This document shows, one piece after another, positions 56,661 to 64,000 of a DNA stretch of 64,000 nucleotides. The position numbers were made by a program, and so were the translations under genes. Position 1 is the stretch's first letter. The number at the start of each line of letters is the position of its first letter. Location: the NCBI GenBank assembly GCA_030658975.1, contig JAUSBL010000052.1:42954-106953 (forward strand), in the 5' to 3' direction. The stretch is from Candidatus Latescibacterota bacterium (GTDB lineage Bacteria > Krumholzibacteriota > Krumholzibacteriia > LZORAL124-64-63). The notes beneath the pieces were generated by a model, which ran no database searches, was not told the DNA's origin, and was given only the letters and a program-made list of their open reading frames with translations.

Positions 56661-58494
56661 CGTGCCCCGTTCCCGACGCCTCCACCGACTGCTGCCGGCC
56701 GCGGCCCTGCTGCTGACCGTCGCGTGGGCGGGCCTCGCCGCCGCCGAACGCTCCCCCTACACGCTGGACACCGACCCCCTGCGCAAGGGCCTCAAGTCGC
56801 TCGAGGCCGGCCGGCTCCAGGAAGCCCGCGCCCACTTCGAGGAAGCCGTCGCCCACAACCACCAGGTGCCGCGCGCCCAGTTCGGCCTGGGCCGGATCGC
56901 CGACCTGGAGGGACACTACGAAGAGGCGGAGCGGGCTTACCGCCGGTCGCTGCAGTCCGGCGGCGACGACCAGGCCGCCGTCCGCGCGCGCCTGGGCCTG
57001 GTCCTGCTGCGCTCGGGCCGCGACCGCGAGGCCGCCGCGGAGTTCGACGCCGCGCTCGCCGCCGAACCCAAGCTCTGGGAAGCCCACTACGGCCGGGCCC
57101 GCCTGCTGCTGGCGCAGCAGCTCTGGGACGCGGCGCAGGACGAACTGGCGCGCGGCAAGGGCCGCAAGGGCGTGGCCGAGGGCGAAGACCTGTACCACCA
57201 CGGCCTCGCGCTGCTCCAGTTGGGCCGGGACGATCTGCCCGCGGCCGAACTTTCGGCGCTGCGCGCGCTGCACCTGAACCCCGCGGACCCGGAGTACGGC
57301 TCCCTGGTCGGCGACATCTACGAGCGGCGCGGCTCCCCCGCCCTGGCCATCGCCGCCTTCGAACAGGCGCTGGCTTCGCCGGGCATGACGCCGACGGCGC
57401 CGATGCTGCGCGGCCTCGGCGGCCTCTACCGCAAGGTCGGGCGCTACGACGAGGCCCGCGACAGCTACCTGCGCGCGGTGGCGGCCGACTCGACGTACAC
57501 GCCCGCGCTGCGCGACCTCGCCGACCTGCTGCTGGCGGCCAAGCGCTACGACCAGGCCGCCCGCACCTACCTGCGCTGCGCCATGCTCGACACCAGCGAT
57601 GTCGGAGCGCACCTGGGCGTGGCCATAAGCTGCCTGGAGCTGCGCAACTTCGGCCAGGCCGCGGCGAGCGCCGCCACCGCCCGCGCGCTCGCGCCTGAAC
57701 GCGAGGACGCCCGGTTCTACTACGCGCGCGCCGCCATCCACGGCGACGACGCCGCACGCGCCGCCGCCGCGGAGCTGATGACGGCGATGGCGGTCCCGCC
57801 CGCCGGCCTCGCCTGGTCGGTCGACGACTACGTGGCGCTGGCGGACTGGCAGTCGGGGCAGAAGCGGTACGACGAGGCTGCGGCGACCCTGGCGCGCGCC
57901 GCCGCCCTGGACCCGTCGGACGCGAACGTGCCCTTCCAGACCGGCATCGTGGCCCTGCGCCGCGGCGACGCCGCTGCGGCCGCCGCCGACTTCCGCGCGG
58001 CGATCGCCCTGAATCCCGACACGCCGGCCTTCCACCTGAACCTCGGCATCGCCCTGTACCAGTCGTCGCTCTTCGACGAGGCGATCCCGTCGTTCCGCCG
58101 CGCGCTCGAACTGAAGGAGGACCTGACAGCCGGCCGCCTGCTGTTGGCCCAGGTCCTCGCCGCGCGCGGCGACATCGCCGGCGCCGAGGTCGAGTACCGC
58201 CGCGTCCTGCAGGCCGAGCCCGAGAACGCCAAGGCGCAGCGCGGTCTCGGCTACTGCCTGCTGCGCGGCGCCGACTACGCGGGCGCCGCCGCGGCCTACC
58301 GCGCCGCGACGACGCTGGATCCCGACAACGCCGACGGCTGGGCCGGGCTCGGCAGCGCCGAGCTGGGCCGCGAACGCCTCGACGCCGCCGACGCCGCCTT
58401 CGGCCGCGCGCGGCGCCTCGATCCCGACAACGCCATGCTCAAGAAGGGGGCCGCGATCCTGGAACAGGCCCGCAACCAGGCCTCGGGAAGATGA
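56661..58494 (+). CDS. Tetratricopeptide-repeat protein (secreted)
   Basis: GTG 56661 with GGAGAA SD. Signal peptide. Numerous 34-aa TPR units (A..Y.RAL.L.P....A...LG). Confidence 0.75.
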
Positions 58495-58549
58495 CCGCCC
58501 CGCGCGGTCGCCCCCGCCGCCGTCCAACCCGGAAAGGAAGTTCCTCGCG

Positions 58550-59266
58550 ATGAAGAATTACGTCCTGGCCATCGTCTTCGCGCTCTCGCTGCTCGTGTCC
58601 TGGCTCATCTGGTCCAACACGCCCCCCTACATCAAGCAGGGCGGGCCGCTGCTGGTCCTGGGCCTGACCTTCTTCTTCCTGGCCCTGACCTTCGCCGTCG
58701 AGCGCTTCATCGTGCTGGGCCGGGCCGGCGGCCGGGGCAACGTGACGTCGTTCGTGCGCGCGCTGAAGGAATCGACCCAGGCGGGCAGGCTCGACGACGC
58801 CGTCGTCGCCTGCCGGCAGCAGGGCGGCTCCCTGGCCAACGTCATCGGCGCCGGCCTGGAGAGCTACCGCGACCGCAAGCCCCGGGCCGCCTCGAAGAAG
58901 GAGCTCATCGACGAGACGCGGCGCGCCCTGGCCGAGGCCAGCGCGCTGGAGACCCCGAACCTCGAGCAGAACCTGACGGCCCTGTCGACCATCGCTTCGA
59001 TCGCCACGCTGCTGGGCCTGCTCGGCACCACCGTCGGCATGATCCGCTCGTTCCAGGCCATGTCCCACGCCGGCGCGCCCGACGCCACGCAGCTGGCCCT
59101 GGGCATCTCCGAGGCCCTGGTCAACACGGCGCTGGGCCTGGTCACGGCCATCCTGGCGACGGTGCTCTACAACTACTTCACGACGAAGGTCGACAATTTC
59201 AACACGATGGTCGAGGAGACGTCCTACGAGGTGCTCCAGCTGCTGGAACACGCGAAGGAGTCCTGA
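58550..59266 (+). CDS. exbB: MotA/TolQ/ExbB proton-channel protein
   Basis: 3 TM, conserved C-terminal channel region ...LSTIASIATLLGLLGTTVGMIRSF... Confidence 0.9.
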   Translation: MKNYVLAIVFALSLLVSWLIWSNTPPYIKQGGPLLVLGLTFFFLALTFAVERFIVLGRAGGRGNVTSFVRALKESTQAGRLDDAVVACRQQGGSLANVIGAGLESYRDRKPRAASKKELIDETRRALAEASALETPNLEQNLTALSTIASIATLLGLLGTTVGMIRSFQAMSHAGAPDATQLALGISEALVNTALGLVTAILATVLYNYFTTKVDNFNTMVEETSYEVLQLLEHAKES

Positions 59267-59269
59267 GCC

Positions 59270-59704
59270 ATGGCCCGCCGCACGCGTGTCCGCATCGACA
59301 TGACGCCCATGGTGGACGTGGCGTTCCTGCTGCTGATCTTCTTCATGTCCACCACCCAGTTCAAGCCGCCGGAGCAGGTGGCCGTCCAGCTGCCCTACTC
59401 CTCCTCCGAGATCTTTATCCCGGAGACCAACACGATCATCCTGACCGTCAACCGCGAGGGCCGGATCTACATCTCGAGCGAGCGCGGCGTCGACGCCCAG
59501 GAACTGATGCCGACGGAGGCCCTGAAGGCCATCGTCGAATGGCGCAGCCGCAACCCGTCGGCCGTGGTCGTGCTCAAGGGCGACAAGGACGCGTCCTTCG
59601 GCGCCGTGGCCGACCTGATGGACTCCCTGGCGGCGGCCAAGACGCTGCGCTTCAACCTGATGACCGACCTCAAGAAGCGGACGCCGGCCGTGCCGGCGTC
59701 CTAG
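59270..59704 (+). CDS. exbD: ExbD/TolR biopolymer transport protein
   Basis: IDMTPMVDVAFLLLIFFM signature. Confidence 0.9.
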   Translation: MARRTRVRIDMTPMVDVAFLLLIFFMSTTQFKPPEQVAVQLPYSSSEIFIPETNTIILTVNREGRIYISSERGVDAQELMPTEALKAIVEWRSRNPSAVVVLKGDKDASFGAVADLMDSLAAAKTLRFNLMTDLKKRTPAVPAS

Positions 59705-59714
59705 AGGAGCACCG

Positions 59715-60218
59715 ATGGCAGAAGTCGCCGTCGCCGAGAGCGGCAAGAAGAAGCCACAGGACAGCAGTTCCGTGTTCCGGCCCAGGAAGCGGCGGGCGGG
59801 CATCCGCATCGACATGACGCCGATGGTGGACGTGGCCTTCCTGCTGCTGATCTTCTTCATGGTCACCACGGTGTTCCGCCGCCCGCTGGCCATGGAGGTG
59901 AACATGCCCGAGCCGGGCGCCAAGGTCGAGGTGCCCGAGTCCAACGTGATGACCGTCTTCGTCGACAAGGACGAGGCGCTGTACTTCAAGATGGGGACCG
60001 GCGCCCTGACGAAGGCGACCTGGGAGGAGTTGGCCGCGGACTTCCGCAGCTTCGGCGCCGCGAACCCCGAGCTGATCGTCCTGGTCAAGATCCACCGCGA
60101 AGCCCGCTACGAGCCCATGGTGGACATGATGGACACCCTCGAGGACGCCAACATGCAGCGCTTCAGCCTCGTGCCGATGCAGGAGGGCGAGGACGCCGTG
60201 CTGGAGGGAGTGCGATGA
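59715..60218 (+). CDS. exbD: ExbD/TolR biopolymer transport protein (second copy)
   Basis: IRIDMTPMVDVAFLLLIFFMVTT signature. Lys-rich N-terminal extension. Confidence 0.9.
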   Translation: MAEVAVAESGKKKPQDSSSVFRPRKRRAGIRIDMTPMVDVAFLLLIFFMVTTVFRRPLAMEVNMPEPGAKVEVPESNVMTVFVDKDEALYFKMGTGALTKATWEELAADFRSFGAANPELIVLVKIHREARYEPMVDMMDTLEDANMQRFSLVPMQEGEDAVLEGVR

Positions 60219-61018
60219 GCCGCAAGGAAACTGCACCGGGCGCCGCGTCCCACATCCCGACCGCCCACATACCTTGGGCCTTCAGCCTCGACGACGCGCC
60301 GCACCTGCCGCTGACCGGCGAAGACCACCCCCTGCGCCGCGAGCTGGGCCGCTGGCTGAGCTGGGCCAACGGCATCACGCTGCTGCTGGGCGCGCTGGTG
60401 TTCGCGGGCTGGTGGCTGTGGAGCCACCGCCAGGTCCCCGAGCCGCCGCCGCGGGAGATCCGCATCGTGCGCTACACGGACCTCGGCGTGCCGCCGTCGA
60501 TCTCGCGCCCGACCGCCCCGCAGATCAGCATCGCGCGGGCCGTAGCCGACCTCGCCGCGCCGCCGTCGATCGGCGTGCCCGAGCCGGTCGCCGACGAGCT
60601 GGCCACCTCGCAGACCATCGCCACGGTGACCGAGATGGCCGAAGCGCTGGCGCCGATCACCATGGAGGGCCTCGGGGGCGGCGAGGGCGAGGGCGGCCTG
60701 GTCGTGGACGTGGACATCGACGTCTCGCCGTCGCCGGACGACTTCATCGCCGTCGACGAGGAACCCGTGCGCATCTCCATCGACCCGCTGAACTACCCGC
60801 CCATGGCCCGCTCGGCCGAGGTGGAGGGCACGGTCCTGGTGCGCGTGCTGGTGGGCAAGAACGGCAAGGTCAAGGACGTCATCGTGATCGAGGGCGAGCA
60901 GATGCTGCGCGACGCGGCGATCGCGTGCGCGCGGACTTCCGTGTGGAAGCCGGCGCTGGTGGATCACAAGCCCATCGAAGTCTGGGTGCTGATGCCCCTC
61001 ACTTTCAAGCTGCGGTAA
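60215..61018 (+). CDS. tonB: Energy transducer TonB
   Basis: N-terminal TM, Pro-rich spacer, C-terminal TonB_C domain (YPPMARSAEVEGTVLVRVLVGKNGKV...VWKPAL). Confidence 0.85.
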   Translation: MSRKETAPGAASHIPTAHIPWAFSLDDAPHLPLTGEDHPLRRELGRWLSWANGITLLLGALVFAGWWLWSHRQVPEPPPREIRIVRYTDLGVPPSISRPTAPQISIARAVADLAAPPSIGVPEPVADELATSQTIATVTEMAEALAPITMEGLGGGEGEGGLVVDVDIDVSPSPDDFIAVDEEPVRISIDPLNYPPMARSAEVEGTVLVRVLVGKNGKVKDVIVIEGEQMLRDAAIACARTSVWKPALVDHKPIEVWVLMPLTFKLR

Positions 61019-61020
61019 CG

Positions 61021-61117
61021 GGTGAGCCCATCCCCTTGGCGGGGGACGCGCTCCGGTCACCTCCTGTGACCGGAGCGCTCGACTTTCGGGCTCCCCCGCC
61101 AAGCGGATAGGCTCACC
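61021..61117. repeat. Long imperfect palindromic element (REP-like) filling the tonB / 2TM-gene intergenic region
   Basis: Arms GGTGAGCC..TTGGCGGGGGA..GCGCTCCGGTCAC / GTGACCGGAGCGC..TCCCCCGCCAA..GGCTCACC (8+11+13 bp paired) around loop CTCCT. Confidence 0.55.
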
Positions 61118-61119
61118 AG

Positions 61120-61479
61120 GTGCAACAGCGGGTGGGTTGGGACGTAGTGCTGCTCACGAGACTGGGGAGCGGTTCCATCAACGGGGGGTTGGAAGTGTTC
61201 AAGGTGTTCAGCGACATCAAGTACCTGTTCACGGCGCCGTTGATCCTGGGCATGCTGTTCGTCATCAACCTGGCGACTTCGCCGGGCGACTGGTGGGTCC
61301 AGTGGGCGGCGCTGGGGATGGGCATCGCGTGGGTGGTCTGCCTGCTGCGGGTGATCCGCGCGGCCATCGTCGTCGGTGGGCTGGCGGCGCTGGGGGCCTG
61401 GCTGTGGAAGCGTGAGTCGGCGGGACGCAGCACCGGCACGACGCCTCCCCGGAGTACGGATTCCGTCGAGCAGGCCTGA
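61120..61479 (+). CDS. Small 2TM membrane protein
   Basis: 119 aa, two hydrophobic helices (FTAPLILGMLFVINLA, AALGMGIAWVVCLL). GTG start immediately after the palindromic element. Confidence 0.5.
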   Translation: MQQRVGWDVVLLTRLGSGSINGGLEVFKVFSDIKYLFTAPLILGMLFVINLATSPGDWWVQWAALGMGIAWVVCLLRVIRAAIVVGGLAALGAWLWKRESAGRSTGTTPPRSTDSVEQA

Positions 61480-61549
61480 GGATTCCCGGATCGTTCTGAA
61501 ACCATCGTCGTGGGACGGAGCCGGCGGGGCAGCGAACCTCGCCGGCTTT

Positions 61550-61682
61550 TATCCGCACATCCTGTGGTGACAGGGGTGTCCTGGAGGCCTTGGAGCCAGG
61601 ATGGCGGAAAGGCCGGAAGGCCAAGCGCTCCGGGCACACGAGGTGCCCGGAGCGCGTCCCCTGTCACCACAGGATGTGCGGA
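61550..61682. repeat. Nested palindromic element between convergent genes (likely bidirectional terminator). Inner stem related to element at 61021..61117
   Basis: Outer perfect 26-bp inverted repeat ATCCGCACATCCTGTGGTGACAGGGG (61550-61575) / CCCCTGTCACCACAGGATGTGCGGAT (61657-61682). Inner perfect 13-bp hairpin GCGCTCCGGGCAC-acgag-GTGCCCGGAGCGC (61624-61654). Confidence 0.55.
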
Positions 61683-61683
61683 T

Positions 61684-62214
61684 CTACATGCCCCAGAGGT
61701 GCATGGTGTTGACGTCCCGCCCCATCAGCTTCAGGTAGTAGAAGAGCTGGCTCTTGTGGACCGCCAGGTGCTCGGTCATGCACAGGAACTGGTGGCCCAG
61801 CGAACGCTCGGTCGGATCCCAGGGTGCGGCCACCATCTGGTTGGCCAGCTTCTGCTCGCCGGCCTGGGCGATCATGTCCAAGGCGACCTTCTTGTCGGCG
61901 GCCAGCAGGGCGCGGGCCTCCTTCACGCTGCCGACCGACGGCAGGGCTTCGGCCGGGGGCAGCATCGCGTCGGGGGGCGGCCCGTCCTTCGCGTTCTCGT
62001 CGCACGGGGGTGCGCCCCAGTCGCCGGTGGCGAAGCCGCGGCAGCAGAAGCCGCAGGCGCTGGTCAGGTGCATCAGCAGCTGGCCGGTGGTCATCCAGTT
62101 GCTGCCGGTGTCGGGCTTCCAGGCGAGATCCTTGTCCTGCACCAGAGCCATCAGGCCGTCGGTGGCCTTGTAGGTGTCTTCGACGGTGCACTTCAGCAGT
62201 TCGGTCCAGTTCAT
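61684..62214 (-). CDS. DinB/YfiT-like four-helix-bundle family protein (hypothetical)
   Basis: ATG 62214 with AAGGAG SD 6 nt upstream. 176 aa (MNWTELLKCTVEDTYKATDGLMALVQDKDLAWKP...). Family assignment tentative. Confidence 0.5.
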   Translation of the reverse strand: MNWTELLKCTVEDTYKATDGLMALVQDKDLAWKPDTGSNWMTTGQLLMHLTSACGFCCRGFATGDWGAPPCDENAKDGPPPDAMLPPAEALPSVGSVKEARALLAADKKVALDMIAQAGEQKLANQMVAAPWDPTERSLGHQFLCMTEHLAVHKSQLFYYLKLMGRDVNTMHLWGM

Positions 62215-62532
62215 GGGGCGCTCCTTGAGGGTGGTTGGTGGCCGGGGCTCACGGAAATCATCCGGACATGATCGTCGAAAATCGGTCTTGCGCATACCGG
62301 TCAGCAAAGAGGAATCGCCGACCGGGCCTCCGCGCCTGGTTCCGGGCCGGACGCCAACCCGATCCACGGCAGCGGTTTGGATCTTTGCCCCGACCGGGGC
62401 GCGCCGCCGGGACGGAGGCCTGTTGAAATGATTTGATGTTTTCATTATAGTGTTGGCCGTCACGGACGCACCATCTCATCAAGGAGTCGCGCATCCGCTC
62501 TGGGTTTTGGCCGCCAACAGGAGGTGCCATCC

Positions 62533-64000
62533 CATGAAACCACCGCCGAGAATCGTCCTGGTCCTCGTCCCTCTCACGCTGGTCCTCGCCGCCGCCGCCG
62601 CACCACTCCTCGCCAACGACGAACTCCTTCCCCGGACACCGGCCGCCGCGCCCGCGCCGCCCGCGCCCGACGACGGCCGCGCGATCGCCTGGCTCACGTG
62701 TCCGGACTGGCGGATGCAGGTCGACGACTACGGCTACTCCGACTACCTCGAATCCTACCGGCCCCGCTGGCCCGTCGCCTGGCCGTGGTCCTGGTCGTGG
62801 GGCTCGGACTTCTGGCTCTCGGGCGAGTGGGCGGCCGCGATCTCCTACGACCAGATCCCGTCGCCGGCGATCGCCCAGGGCCCCAACGCGGGCCTGCCGC
62901 AGACGATGTGGCTGGAGCCGAACTTCGTCGCGCCCGCCTGGAACACCAACAGCGGCTTCTGGGTGCTGGGGCCGGTCCAGAGCTGGAACCGCGGCCACCT
63001 CCCGCCGCCCTACCTCGACACGTCCGCCAGCACGATCACCAACGGCCAGGTCGTGATCAACATCAACTCGATCATCGTGGACAACCCGGCCGGCATGTCC
63101 CTGGGCCGCTGCTCGAGCTGGCCCTACCCGTGGAACTCCTATGTCGAGAGCGACCGCTACATCCTGCACGTGACGTACACGATCCGGAACGTCAGCGGGC
63201 AGGTCCTGACCAACGTGGAGTTCGCGCAGTTCCTGCACGGCCATCCCGGCGACCACAACGAGAACGCGATGATGGGCGACTGGGAGGTCTACGACCCATT
63301 CCGCAAGTGGCGCCCCATGGACGCCTACGACAACTTCCACTACGACATCACGCAGTGGGGCTCGCAGTACCTCAACACGTGGCCCTGGTACCAGCCCTAC
63401 TGGGGCAACTGGTCCACGCACTTCATCGGCTTCGCCGCCTCGGTGCCGCCGACCTCGCAGCGCTCGCCGTCTCCGTGGGGGCTCGGCGTCTACAACGGTC
63501 ACAACCCCGGCAAGCCGCCGCGCCCTGGCGTGCACTGGGACGTCGAGGAGCACAACCTCAACCCCGTCGGCCCGCCCTGCACGCTCTACCCGCCCGGCTA
63601 CCCGGTCTTCGGCCAGCAGGTGGCGGGCGCCGAGAACTGGTACCTCGACCCCGCGTTCGAGCCCAACGAGGTGCTGGTCCACGAGGTCGTGCTGGGCATG
63701 GCGATCAGGGCCCACCACGGCTGGCACTGGGCCAACGACTGGTGGTACTGGCACAACTACGACTGGCCGACGCCGATCCCGCAGTTCTCGTACGTGCTGC
63801 ACCCCAACGGCTGGCCGTACTACTACTACCGCGTCGCCTACCCGTACTGGTGGAACTGCTACTACTACCCGCGCCCGGCGGCGCCCATCTGGTTCGGCTT
63901 CGCCTGGCCGATCGGCGCCAAGGAGGAGGGCGCCAAGGTCGCCCGGGTCGTGGCGAAATCCCGCGACTCGGCCGGCCTCGAGGTCCGGCAGGAGTTCCTC
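62533..64000 (+). CDS. Trp/Tyr-rich secreted protein (partial, continues past window end)
   Basis: Not in ORF track (no stop in window). ATG 62533, signal peptide MKPPPRIVLVLVPLTLVLAAAAAPLLA. Frame stays open for 489 codons. Aromatic clusters WPWSWSWG, WHWANDWWYWHNYDWP, WPYYYYRVAYPYWWNCYYYPRP. Confidence 0.65.

Noticed and set aside
1-64000. Looked for CRISPR arrays, tRNA/rRNA genes, transposases/integrases, prophage genes
   Set aside because: No regular direct-repeat/spacer array, no cloverleaf-like intergenic sequence, no transposase/integrase-like ORFs. Intergenic space is very limited except for the noted AT-rich and palindromic regions.

Overview
This is a high-GC window (about 70% by eye), almost entirely coding. 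It is probably from an FCB-group, Gemmatimonadota-like bacterium, because three proteins carry type IX secretion (T9SS) C-terminal sorting domains and a PorV-like barrel is present. I found no rRNA, tRNA, CRISPR array or transposase/integrase by eye. The high GC produces many long spurious antisense and N-terminally extended ORFs in the supplied track, which I resolved into individual genes. I read some start codons and small-feature coordinates from the text, so they may be off by 1-3 nt.

Blocks in order:
- (1) 1-24165: a tightly packed Wzx/Wzy-dependent surface-polysaccharide locus, mostly on the minus strand. It holds about 7 GT4-type glycosyltransferases, two Wzx flippases, a Wzy_C ligase/polymerase-like protein plus two tandem paralogous Wzy-like polymerases, a Wzz/GumC-like protein, a multi-SLBB Wza-like exporter, an AsnB-like amidotransferase, a WecA/MraY-type initiating transferase, an SDR epimerase and a WbpM/PglF-type dehydratase.
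- (2) 24.2-27.5 kb: a Tat-signal DUF882/M15A-like protein, a membrane-anchored octaheme c-type cytochrome and a two-cysteine DsrC-type protein.
- (3) 27.5-55.6 kb: what I think is the most interesting system, a T9SS-linked, TonB-dependent, LacI-controlled beta-1,2-glucan utilization locus. One long minus-strand operon runs LacI, a CBM9-like T9SS protein, a TonB-dependent receptor, a giant T9SS cargo protein, a PorV-like barrel, a GH144-like T9SS hydrolase, a secreted hypothetical and DsrC. A divergent operon runs a GH94 phosphorylase (GDWND motif), GH1 beta-glucosidase and an esterase. A second minus-strand operon runs a GH144-like lipoprotein, ABC sugar-binding protein, two permeases and a discoidin + six-hairpin hydrolase lipoprotein.
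- (4) Inside that locus (46.4-47.9 kb): a two-gene module behind a strikingly AT-rich promoter island. It pairs a class-III-cyclase-like palm domain + HTH protein (possibly SatD-like) with a multipass membrane protein.
- (5) 55.7-61.0 kb: a PstS-like substrate-binding protein, a TPR protein and exbB-exbD-exbD-tonB.
- (6) 61.0-62.2 kb: a small 2TM protein gene flanked by two related long palindromic elements with a covarying core, then a convergent DinB-like gene.
- (7) 62.5 kb to the window end: a Trp/Tyr-rich secreted protein whose 3' end runs off the window.
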